From assembly GCF_001194135.2 (NCBI RefSeq), contig NC_068989.1, positions 32,110,044 through 32,162,290 on the forward strand: DNA of 52,247 nt, written 5' to 3'. The position numbers and the translations under genes are program-made. Below the pieces are notes generated by a model. It was not told the origin of the DNA and did not search any database. It saw only the letters and a list, made by a program, of their open reading frames with translations. This DNA is from Octopus bimaculoides (taxonomy: Eukaryota). This document shows, in pieces, positions 1-11,616 of this stretch (position 1 is the first letter of the stretch; the number at the start of each line of letters is the position of its first letter).

Positions 1-56
<56 letters not shown>
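1..56. repeat. (AT)n/(GT)n microsatellite
   Basis: Direct inspection. Confidence 0.95.
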
Positions 57-300
57 TGCATAAGGATTGAGCTCTGAGTGCACTGCTTGCTATTGCAAAA
101 ACAGCTGTAAGATAATGAAACTGATGATGTAATTGCCATTCTCTTATCATTCAATAATTAATACTACTTTTTGTACTTGCTTAACACTAAAGCATATGCA
201 TATTGAGTTGTAACAGCTTATTATTAGTACTGCGTAATCAAAATCATAAAATATATATATAAAATATTTTATCTTATATGTGTATGTGTGTTACTATAGT

Positions 301-650
301 GTGACTCTATAGTTAAGTGGTTTGCTTCCCAATTATGTGATCTCAGGCTCAGTCCCATTCATGGAACCTTGAATAAGTAACTTCTGGTATAGACTGGGCT
401 GATCAAAGCTTTGAGATTGGATTTGGTAAATGGAAACTGAAAGAAGCCTGTTGTGTTGTGTGTGTATTCCTTGCCAGCACATGATAGCTTTAAGTGAGCA
501 TCATTGTCATATAAATGATGTTTGTTGCTAGTCATATGAGAAAAATGTCTTGCGAAGGAAAAATATTACCTTTCTTAGAAACAGGTGAGTGTTGGTGACC
601 AGAAGAGTATCTGGTCATAGGAAATCTGTCTTAAATTTCGTCAGTTTGTT
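301..650 (+). mobile_element. Degenerate tRNA-headed SINE
   Basis: Head matches the copies at 866 and 7546 (cagtccc..ccttg..aag..ggatttggta.a.ggaaactgaaagaagcc). The tail resembles the copy at 28552. Confidence 0.65.
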
Positions 651-865
651 GCAAGTTACCTGTTGTATGATAGGTAAGTTTGGAAGTATAGCTTTTTTCC
701 TATGAGTAATATTAGGAAATATGGCATGTATACAATAATTAGAGTTTAATTTTTATGAAATCTGTTGCTATCTTTCCTGTGTTAATCTTGTACTTTCTTT
801 GCTGAGTTTTTTCTATTTTGTAGTTTCAGGAAACAATTGAAAAAAAAATTTACCCATACTTTATA

Positions 866-1215
866 GGTGCAGGTATGGCTGTATGGTAAAAAGCTTGCTC
901 CCCAACCACATGGTTCCAGGTTCAGTCTCACTGAGTGGCACCTTGGGCAAGTGTCTTCTGCTATAGCCCCGGGCTGACCATGGAAACTGAAAGAAGCCTG
1001 TCATATAGATGATATATGTATGTATGTGTGTATGTCTTAGTGTCTGTATTTGTCCCCCCCCCCCTGCTTGACAACTGGTGTTGGTGTGTATACATCCCTG
1101 TAACTTAGTAGTTTGGCAAAAGAAACCGATAGAATAAGTATTAGGCTTAAGAAAGAAAAGTCCTGGGGTTAATTTGTTCAACTAAAATCCTTCAAGGCAA
1201 ATAAAAGATAAAAGA
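866..1215 (+). mobile_element. tRNA-headed bipartite SINE (head + internal microsatellite + 3' module)
   Basis: A-box-like tggctgtatggta, B-box-like ggttcagtc, then ccttgggcaagtgtcttct; 3' module gcttgacaac..taacttag..gatagaataagta..aagtcctgggg shared with other copies. Confidence 0.85.
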
Positions 1216-1404
1216 AAATATAAAAGAAGATACACTTGAGTAACATTTGTTTTCACTCAAAAACACATTCCAAGCACATAAGTGCAGGAATCAAATTTGC
1301 TTAGGAGGTACAAACCCAGGTTCAAAATATCTTTACAAAGTTGATTTTTTTCTGTCTTAATATGAAAGCAAACATGGGTACAACAACAACAACAATAATA
1401 ATAA

Positions 1405-1617
1405 TGGTCTCAAATTTTGCCATAAAGGCAGCAATTTTGGGGAAGGGGATGAGTTGATTACATTGACCCAGTGTTCAATTGGTACTTGTTTTATTGACCC
1501 TGAAAGGACGAAAGGTACAGTTGACCTTGGCAGAATTTGAACTCAGAACATAGTGACAGGCAAAACACTGCTAAGCATATTGTCCGGTGTGCTAATGATT
1601 CTGCCAGCTCATTGCCT
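1405..1617 (-). mobile_element. Second SINE family (cephalopod-type), complete copy with (ATT)n tail
   Basis: The reverse complement reads ggcaatgagctggcagaatcattagc...ttctgagttcaaattctgcc...aataaaacaagtacc...caaaatttgagacc + (att)n. Related + strand fragments lie at about 33190-33340 and 33600-33690. Confidence 0.75.
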
Positions 1618-1655
1618 TTATAATAATAATAATAATAATAATAACAATAACAATA

Positions 1656-1707
<52 letters not shown>
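1618..1707. repeat. (TAA)n-(TTA)n inverted trinucleotide microsatellite
   Basis: Direct inspection. Confidence 0.95.
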
Positions 1708-1708
<1 letters not shown>

Positions 1709-2359
1709 TTTTGTACATCAATCAAACTGGCTAAATCCAAGTATTGTTTCAAATCAGTCAAAAAATGTTTCTGTGCTCATTCATGTTGGTGGTGAAGTTT
1801 TCAAGATGATGTTCAAAGCATTTTTATTGCTCCCTGAAAATTTTAGGAGGTGCAAGTGCACACCTTCATGAGCATATGTTCAACCATTGTAAATATGATG
1901 TGCTTGTTTATGAATGGTATATACACTGTTTACATCTTTTAATTGTTAACTGAAATAATTGTTAATTAAAAGGAAAATTTGATCAACATATTACTGTTTG
2001 CTTCAACCGGTCTGCATCTCTTTCTTGGTCAGCTAGCCTGTTCCTGTTTGGTTTTGTCTGTTTGTCTCTTTAATTATATCATTGAAAATCAGATATTTGT
2101 TGTTAATATCTATTCTTTACTGTACTAACCAGCTATAGTGTTTCTACAGATGTTTCTGCATTTTATTTGGAGTGGGTTGTAAATTTTTGAAGTAACTTAT
2201 TATTTTGATTATTTTCTGTTGTTTGAAAAAGACCTTGTGATTGAAATCAGTGTTTCTTTGAACTTTATATCTTTTTGATGTATATTAATTGATATATTGC
2301 TCATTAACATATGTTGTTTTATTTCCAGTTGCTGGCAAGGTGCACAACTCTGCAAAAAC

Positions 2360-2467
2360 ATGTCGAAGGCTAAGGCACAACAACCTGCTGTGATCCACAA
2401 AGTCATTATGGTTGGTAGTGGTGGTGTTGGCAAATCTGCCCTCACCCTACAATTTATGTATGATGAG
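2360..2467 (+). CDS. RAL: Ral GTPase, first coding exon ([36 protein letters not shown])
   Basis: Manual translation gives [14 protein letters not shown] (G1/P-loop) and [10 protein letters not shown], typical of Ral. Acceptor tttccAG at 2327-2328 gives a 31-nt UTR part; donor GTAAGT at 2468, phase 0. Confidence 0.97.
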
Positions 2468-3169
2468 GTAAGTTAGTTTAGTACTTCAGGTTTTTAGTAT
2501 TGCAGTGCTAAAGATTTCAGAAAATTGAATGTAAGGTTGAATTTGGTATACAGATGAAAATTATTTCTTTTACTTAAGTGAGATATATGATCCTTTTAAC
2601 TGTTTTTCTTTGCACAAATGTCACAAATTATTTTGTAAAAACACATATGGCATGTGCACACACACAACTAGGGGAAATATTACCTTGCTTGGAAACATTT
2701 GAGGGTTAGCAGCAGTAAGGACATCTGGACATAGAATTTTTATCTTGATGAGTCTTATTTGATCGATGCAAGCATAGAAAAGTGGACATTAAGCAGTGAT
2801 GATGTATGTATATGAGTGTGTTTGTATAACTGTGTGTCTTTATATGTGTATTTGTGTGAGTGTGTACTAGCTGAACTACATGGTGTTGCCTGAGTTGAAA
2901 ACTCAAGAAATTAGCAGCAAATCTTTTAAGTAAATCTTTTAGAAAAACATTCACCAAAGTTTTAGACTAAGTACACTTCATAGATTTTGTTTCTAAATAT
3001 ATATTTTTAGTTATTCTGTTTTAAATGTATTCAATTTTAATTCTGCAAAATATTGTACACAAATTCAAATCTTTTCATTTACCCAATTTGCATATAATTG
3101 TAATTTTAACCTTAACTTGGCACCCTAAGCTTAAGTGCTAACTATAAAACCTAGCCCTAAGCCCTTACC

Positions 3170-3327
3170 TTAACCGTTTAGCATTTAAACTGTCCATATT
3201 GGGCCCAAATATTCTTACTTTTTGTTGAAATTGGCCAGATCCAGCCTCTCACATCTACCTTACATGATCAATTAGAAAATTATGAAGCATTACATTTGAC
3301 AGAGTAATCTGAATGCTAGAGGATTAA
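3170..3327. mobile_element. MITE with TTAA flanks (piggyBac-like)
   Basis: Left TTAA-CCGTTTAGCATT; right AATGCTAGAGGA-TTAA (imperfect inverted termini with TTAA on both sides). Confidence 0.6.
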
Positions 3328-3459
3328 ACCCTCACTTCAAAATCCTAACCCAATCCCTGACTGTAATCCTATTTTTTGCACAGAATCGCCATCTCCCATG
3401 TTTAAAGCATATGCTTCTTGCAAAATGTTTTGAAAATGAAAAAGCTAACACCAAGTGTA

Positions 3460-5012
3460 TATCATAAAAGCCCATGTAATTTGCGCACCTGTGTAATTTA
3501 CGCAGGTGATTTTCAGGATAAAAATTGCTAAAGCTACTCGTATAAAACTCGCACCCAAAAGTTTTCAAAATTGCTGATATGGCCAGGGGGAAAAGGTTTT
3601 TAGTTTAGATGTATTTAGTATAATTTCACTTACTTATGATTAGATTTTATTAAATTTTCATTAAATAAAAATAATTTCTGTTTAACAGGTATCACATTGA
3701 AAGCTATTGAATTGCGAATTGTTTGTGTTGTTTATAATAAACTTTATTTTACATTTCTTGCCCACAAGAGATTATGTTCAATCTTTAGCATACTTTTCTG
3801 TATGTCTTCTCAAATCGCGATCACAGGAAAAGTTGTTAAGAATTATCAACAAAAACAAAGCTGATAAATATGCACAAGTGTTGCAAAATAAGTTTAATTA
3901 CCAATAAACATCAGCTTGGATGACACTTTACTCAACTGACAGAGGAAGGTGACTGATCAAACTGATTATGTAAACAGAATTCTGATTGGTCGAAAGTGTC
4001 TTCTTGTTTGAAGCTCTGATTTTCTGCCTATTCTTGTTGGAACCTTTAATATGGAGTATTGAAATTTTAATCCCTTTCACACTTATAAAATGTCAAGCAA
4101 ACTTAAAAAATTGTCATTACTCTTTTAGCTGGGAGACCAAACTGATAGTTTGGTAACCCACTAAAACAAACATTAAAAATCGAAAGGAGAAAATAAATAG
4201 CTTTGCAAGTTTAACTCAATGTTTATTGAACAAGTGAGGTGCGAAATTTAGAATATACACGTCTGTGAGGAAGCATAAACAAGAATAGCAAAAATCTGCT
4301 ATACCAAAAGAACTGGTAATACATACATTACAAGTGTTCTATGAAGAGAACATAAGATTGCTGCATAATTCAACATGAATGTGAAATGACATTAAACATC
4401 CTATAAGGTAAATGAAGGTTTCTGTAGGAACACTAAATAATATTTACTTCGTGAGTTTACATGCACAGGGATGAATTATGATGTTATCGTTGTCAGGTGC
4501 AGTAAAAGCTGGCAGCAGCGATGTTGGTGGTGATGAATTTCATTGTCCTAACACAGAGAAAGTGAGCAATAGCTTCCTGGAGACAAACACAAGCTAGACT
4601 TCTTAAGTGGAGAAAAACTGATCTATTTAAAGAAATTGCTGGGCTCCATTGTGATAGGTAGAAATTCCAAGCAATGTAAAATATGGCCTGGACCGTGATT
4701 ACCTGCATGAACATCAAACTTCAAAAAGTAGTTAACCATTTAATGATTTTAGTAAAGTTATTCAGAAAAAGTAAGCATTATACCATCCAGCATAAATAAA
4801 AGTCAACTTCATTATATTTTTTCTGTGAAAACCTATTCTGACATTAAATGAGTCAACTTCCTGTACGAATGTTTTACATTTGTACATCATTTTTCAACAA
4901 AAAAATTTCTGAAAAAATTCTCAATACAATCTACTCATGTAATTTACACATCCTCTAAAGTTTATTTTTGTTTTTGCGAAAAAAGTGCATAAACTACATG
5001 GGTTTTTATGGT
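3460..5012. mobile_element. Probable decayed DNA transposon with imperfect inverted ends
   Basis: cataaaagcccatgtaatttgcgcac (about 3462-3487) is an imperfect reverse complement of gtgcataaactacatgggtttttatg (about 4985-5010). No convincing transposase motif was read. Confidence 0.35.
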
Positions 5013-5219
5013 AATTTGAAACTAAGTGGGTAAAGAACTTATAAATAATTGCAGTTTTGAAAAGCTTTTTATTTACAGAATTGTAATTTCATTTCTAGTG
5101 TTTAAAAAATAACAATCAGGAGAAATTTTCAAATATATATATATATATATATATAAAAGCTGTGTGGGGTGTTATGACTTTGCCAAAAAAAAATATTGGA
5201 GCACTAAGTATACCAGTTT

Positions 5220-5930
5220 TGTAGGGTGTGGAATTTCTGTTGATATTTATGGAATCAATCTCATTAGGATGCATAAACCAGATTGATATATGAGCGTGAG
5301 GCAAGCCTCTTTTTTGCCATGTAAGTGTGTATATTAGCAATGTACTGGTTGAAATATGTGTGACATAGTCACAAGGTCTATCAATTTGAAAACCTTGAGA
5401 TGAAAAACACTTGCAATTAGGTGGTGTTGTCTGAGTATAAATGTCATAGAAAAAGCTTTGCTTGGATTTTGTTCCATTTAGCATTACAAGTTTAAGGGAT
5501 GGACAAATTTGGATGTTTATAATTACATACATATGTCATGCATTTTTCTTGGGCTTTCTATAAAACTGGATGTGAGAATACAGAGTTATCCTAGCTCTGA
5601 GTGGCAATATCATTGTAAATACCATCTTGTAAATGCATGTACAATTCTGAATATACTTCTTTTGATGCATTTTATATACCACAGCCTCTTACTCTATATT
5701 TTGGCATACATAACAATATATAGGTGAAAAAAGATCTTGGCAGTAATGAAAATAATTAAACAAATTGCTTTGAATCATCGATTGATAAGCATAATAATCC
5801 ATACAGTATACAATATATTTTTTTTTAAGTGATTCCATTAATATGTGGCATACCACCAAAGTGGTATTCATCATCTCCATCATGTTGTGCTTGGGCAGTG
5901 TTTGCTCTAAGAGAGCCAAGTCTGTGATTA
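5220..5930 (-). mobile_element. Helitron Rep domain relic
   Basis: ORF 5116-5532 has YTLTWQKRGLPHAHISIW (Helitron HUH motif EWQKRGLPHAHIL). ORF 5689-5919 has KKYIVYCMDYYAYQSMIQSNLFNYFHYCQDLF, matching the upstream Rep segment. Frameshifted. Confidence 0.75.
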
Positions 5931-7545
5931 AATTTGTTGTGGCACTTTGAAAGACAGCATAAATCTAATTTATCTATTAATTGTTGCTCAAAATTATGTT
6001 ATTTGTAAAGCACAGTCAGATGCTCAAATATTTTTGAGAAAGTGTTTTATTCTGAAGTGGTATTCAAAATGAAAAGCCATCACAAATTTTGATGGCTCAC
6101 TTATAAGTAAAAGGACCTTACCATTTGCCTAATGCTTAATGATTCTCTGTCACGTTTTGTATATAGAGTCCAGGCATACAATTTTTACAGATGCATAATC
6201 ATGATTAAGAATATAATTTAATGTCACACCCTGCTATTGAATTTATCCATACTTTTTCTGCAGATAGTCTCTGCAAAACTTTTCCTTTTTCATCTTATTT
6301 TTCATTCTTTTTCAGTCATATGCTCTATTTATTCTATCTTTTTCTCTCTCCCTTTTTTACAATTGTATTTTTTTCTTGTGCTTTTTTTATTTCTCTAATT
6401 CTCCTCTCCCTGTAATTATGTTACTCTACCTTTATCACTTTCTTGTTCTCTTGGTCATCTCTCATATTCTCTCTTTTTTGTAACCCTATTTTTATCTTTT
6501 TTTTTTTACTTTCTAATATTGTCTTGCTACTATGCACTGTTAATTTTTGAATTCTCATTCTATTATTTTCTTTTTTGCTCACTTGTGATGTTTCTTTTCC
6601 CTCTATATTTCTTTTATGCTCATAACTATTTTTGAGAAAGAGAGCATTGTAGTGATAGTTGTCAATTTGACCGCTCTATAATTCAGATATGTCACTTTTG
6701 AATGTGTATGATGAACAGAAGAATAATTTCTGTGATGAACCTGTAGAATTGTAGAATTCACTAATGCCAGCTAATTCAACATTAAAGACTTACATCCTGA
6801 TTATTATTATTATTCCTGCATTATGCTATTAGGAATTGCAGTTATTGCATAGTTACTGTACAGCTTCCTTTTGAAGAGTTTGGTCATTTATGCTGTTATT
6901 GAGTAATAGTGATACAGTTCTAAACATGCAATAATCATCACCCATGACTTTTTGAAAAAGATATGATTTTGTTCAATATTTTTCAATGGATTTAATGAAT
7001 TTAAACTTTAGATGGTTACTTTGCAAAGAGAATGGTGATTGACAATCTCAACCCCAAAGACTGAGAAGAGTGAAACAATACCAATTTCCTCCTTAGAAAG
7101 CTTCTTTTCTAACTTTGTGATAGATGACTGGCTAAGTACAATTTAAGTAAAGAAAAAAAAAATTACCAAATATTTCTCAAAAATACAGTGTTTCACCTTC
7201 CTTGTTGATTCTTGTTTGTAAAGAGTACAGTGATTAATCATGTCATGAAGCAAAAGTTATATGAGACTAAGCAATTGATAACTTCTTTAAAAGTTATCTG
7301 CTCCCAACTAGAAAAAGAAATACTTCAGTTGTTTCTGGTTAATTTCAGCTTAAATGTTAGTCAAATAACTGTGTGTATGTATGTGTGTGACAGAGAGGGA
7401 GACATGAGCAAAAGAGTGGTATGAAAGACAAGAAAGAGAAAGAAGAAAGAGAGAGTAAGAGAGAATGAGTTGCAAACGGGAATAAAAAGGAATGTAAAAG
7501 ATAGGGAGAGAGAAAGACAGAAAAAACAGACTTAATTGCAACTTA

Positions 7546-7718
7546 GGCGCAGGAGTGGCTGTGTGGTAAGTAGTTTGCTTACCAACCACATGGTTCTGGG
7601 TCCAGTCCCACTGCGTGGCACCTTGGGCAAGTGTCTTCTACTATAGCCTGGGGCCGACCAAAGCCGCGTGAGTGGATTTGGTAGACGGAAACTGAAAGAA
7701 GCCCGTCATATAAATGTA

Positions 7719-7751
<33 letters not shown>

Positions 7752-8438
7752 NNNNNNNNNNNNNNNNNNNNNNNNNNNNNNNNNNNNNNNNNNNNNNNNN
7801 NNNNNNNNNNNNNNNNNNNNNNNNNNNNNNNNNNNNNNNNNNNNNNNNNNNNNNNNNNNNNNNNNNNNNNNNNNNNNNNNNNNNNNNNNNNNNNNNNNNN
7901 NNNNNNNNNNNNNNNNNNNNNNNNNNNNNNNNNNNNNNNNNNNNNNNNNNNNNNNNNNNNNNNTGGCACATAAAATACACCATTTTGAGCGTGGCCGTTG
8001 CCAGTACCGCCTGACTGGCTTTCGTGCCGGCGGCACGTAAAAAGCACCTACTACACTCTCTGAGTGGTTGGCATTTAGGAAGGGCATCCAGCTGTAGAAG
8101 CTCTGCCAAATCAGATTGGAGCCTGGTGTAGCCATCTGGTTTCACCAGTCCTCAGTCAAATTGTCCAACCCATGCTAGCATGGAAAGCGGACGTTAAACA
8201 ACGATGATGATATATATGTGTGTGTGTATGTTTGTGTGTCTGTGTTTGTACCCCCAACATCGTTTGACAACCGATGCTGATGTGTTTATGTCCCCGTAAC
8301 TTAGCGGTTTGACAAAGAGACCCATAGAATAAGTACTAGGCTTACAAAGAATAAGTCCTAGAGTTGATTTGCTCGACTAAAGGCAGTGCTCCAGCATGGA
8401 TGCAGTCAAATGACTGAAACAAGTAAAAGAGTAAAGAG
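7546..8438 (+). mobile_element. Bipartite SINE with an RTE-type 3' tail piece (about 7964-8210) nested in its internal microsatellite; contains N gap 7752-7963
   Basis: Head 7546-7708 near-identical to the - strand copies at 49534-49695 and 50521-50684; 3' module 8230-8438; middle piece ends aacccatgctagcatggaaagcggacgttaaacaacgatgatgat. Confidence 0.8.
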
Positions 8439-8852
8439 TATGTGCATCTTTGTGAAATGCTATTTTCTTAGATTTGTATGTACAACATACATGATCGAGT
8501 AGATCTACAAGCTAAAGTATTCAAGCTATAAACTGTCTTTGTTTTATTCTCATCTAATGAGTCGTTCCATTTTTTAAAGATGGCAGTGTGTGATATTGAG
8601 GTAGATTTGGTTATTTCTGGTAACTGTGCAGAGATTTTCTCATTTAGCTTGAATGTGTATAGACATACATACACACATATAAATACTCAAACATTAATAC
8701 ATACATGTGTATATACACACACAAATAATACACAGATATGTACATATATGTATACATACCTATCTATCCCCACATGCATGCATACCTGTATACTTAGAGA
8801 TATCCAGTCATCCACTTTTTCTGCCCACTACTCCTGGGAGAGCCATGGGGGT

Positions 8853-9107
8853 AGATTGTTTGCCAACATAACATGGCAGTCCTGGTTTAGGACGAATGTT
8901 GCTGCAATTTAGCCCCAAGAGACATCGTCTCCAGCTGGTTATACAACATGATCTGTGTCCTTATATTTTCGAACAAGGGAACTGGGAACAAGGGAATAAG
9001 GACACAGATCGTATCGTATAGCCAGCTGGAGACAATGTCTCCTGGGGCTAAATTACAGCAACATTTGTCCTAAACCAGGACTGCCATGTTATGTTGGCAA
9101 ACAATCT
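8853..9107. repeat. Foldback/MITE-like inverted repeat (about 112-bp arms, 31-nt spacer)
   Basis: 8853-8964 is the near-perfect reverse complement of 8996-9107. Confidence 0.92.
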
Positions 9108-9540
9108 TTACTCCAAAGTACTGTTGCTGAATATCTCTTGTTGTGAGATTTAAAAATAGTAATTTTCAGACCATTGTTTGTTGTATATGTACATACTGTA
9201 GATTGGGAAAGTGGTCCAGAGTCGTGTATTATATATTTTGTTTGTACTGCAGTGGTGATGTTTATTATGAATTACTGGATTATGAGTATCAAGTGTATAA
9301 GTCTTTGTCAATCACTTAACTGTCTCAAGTGGGTTTGGATGAAGGACATTTGCTATGAAGTTCTGACTGATTTGAAATACCAGTCAGTGTAGTGTTTTAA
9401 AACTTAGTGACCTGCAATAGGAACCTATTAATACAGATCTTGGGATGTTTGAGTGAGAGATAGCTTTTAAGGTAAAGAAGATATTGAGAAGATCTGAAAA
9501 GTCAGTGGATTGGTTAAGAATAGTTCCAGTTTCTTTATAA

Positions 9541-9798
<258 letters not shown>

Positions 9799-10138
9799 TG
9801 AGTACATATCTTTCTGCCTTTTTTGCACATTTAAATGATGTTATAATTTCTTTGAATAAATGCTTATTTATGAATGTTGATAAAACTCTTGTTGTGATGT
9901 TTGGTAGTATGTGTAGTCCTTTGAGATAGATTTGAGTATGTTAGGTACAGTTTAGTTTCAATCAGATTATGTATATTAAATAAAAATAGCTGTTAACAGA
10001 GGTAGTACGTGGAACATAAAAATTTGGCTTGAAATAAATGCGTCTGTATTTGTGTGCATGTGATGTGCATAAATATATAAATATGTATGTTATTAACACC
10101 AAAGTGAATACATATTATAATGTATATATATATGTATG

Positions 10139-10388
10139 AAGCACGACCTTTGAACATTAGGCATCAGGCCTCACCGAGGCAGTGACTTCTGACCGAGACC
10201 TTTGGAAATATGCTGTGCGTGAGAAGACACGGCAAGCCAAGTGAGACCATAATCCAAGGCCTCTGCCAGGGGTGTAGCCAGCCCACTTATGTGTACCTTT
10301 CCTTTATTGGACACTAAACTCCGCTTGCAAAGACCTGTTGAGGCAAGTGAAATCGAAATCGAACTAAATTTGATGATGGCACCCATGA
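10139..10388 (+). mobile_element. RTE-clade LINE, ORF end/3' UTR fragment
   Basis: Homologous to the reverse complement of about 51480-51690 (gaagcacgacc..gagacctttgga.atatgctgtgc..aagccaagtgagac..gaggcaagtgaaat). Confidence 0.8.
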
Positions 10389-10389
10389 T

Positions 10390-11172
10390 ACTGTCAACTC
10401 GGATAGCTGGTCGCACTGTTGGGTCGACGTTCAGCAGACTCTCTTTCTCCCATTCATTCTCCTTGTTGAGCGACCTTTCATAGTGGCATCTCCAAACCTC
10501 TCTCTTTGCAGCCATGTTTAGTGCAAGTGAACCATCATCCATACATTTCTCTCTTTCGGCATCACGATTCTCTCTCACACACTGTCTTGCAACATGAAAT
10601 ACTTCAAGTCATTGGTCCTCACAGCGCAGAACATTGGCAAATTTTTTCTTATCTGCTTCTCCTCTGGCTAAATAAACCTGTCTCCTAGCTTCCCTTCTGA
10701 CAGTCTGATACAATTCCCTGCTACGACCGTTCTTCCAGTCCTTCCAAGCCTGTTTCTTTTCTCTAATAGCGCTGTCAACAACATTGTTCCACCACCATGT
10801 TATTTTGGGTTGAGAGGGGACTTTGCACCATCCACAGAACTGGTCAGTGGCCCTCAGCAGGTTGTCCCGTAGAAGCGTCCAGTTGTCTTCTACATCGTGT
10901 GAAGCTATATCCCCTTTTATTTCGTCAGAGGCTTCGAGTAATATGTCTCTAAATCTCTGTCCATTCGCAGGATCTTTGAACTTCCAGACCCTTCTCCTCC
11001 ATGCTGGTCGTCTTCTGGGCAACCACTTAGCCCTGATCCTGAAGTCACTAACTACTAGTCTATGTTGTGGGGTACATTCTTCGCCTGAGAAGGTTTTGGC
11101 ATTTATAAGCAGCCATCTTACCCTTTTTCTGGCGAGGATGTAGTCAATTTGGCTAGTGTGCCTGCCAGAACG
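10390..11172 (-). mobile_element. RTE-clade LINE, AP-endonuclease C-terminus + linker
   Basis: ORF 10609-11361 contains SQIDYILARK...EECTPQHRLVVSDF (APE C-terminal motifs) and an RTE-type linker. Confidence 0.88.
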
Positions 11173-11174
11173 GT

Positions 11175-11544
11175 AATATATAATATATATATAATATACA
11201 TATATATATATATATAATATACATATATATATATATAATATATATAATATATATATATAATATACATATATATATATAATATACATATATATATATAATA
11301 TATAATATACATATATATATATATAATATACATATATATAATATATATATATAATATACATATATATATATAATACACATATATATAATATATATGTATA
11401 TATATAATATATATATATATAATATACATATATATAATATATATGTATACATATATATATAATATATAATATATATATATATAATATACATATATATATA
11501 TATATAATATATATGTATACATATAATTATATAATATATATATA

Positions 11545-11592
<48 letters not shown>

Positions 11593-11612
11593 ATATACAT
11601 ATATATATATAA
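11175..11612. repeat. Compound (TA)n/(TATAA)/(TACA) microsatellite
   Basis: Direct inspection. Confidence 0.95.
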
Positions 11613-11616
11613 TTTA

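Noticed and set aside
3105-3175. CCCTAA-like units as interstitial telomeric repeat (also about 26812 and 26870)
   Set aside because: Too few and too degenerate.
7546-7620. tRNA genes at SINE heads (also 866, 13949, 35345, 49620-49695, 50610-50684)
   Set aside because: Only A/B-box-like motifs; no complete cloverleaf, and each continues into a SINE body.
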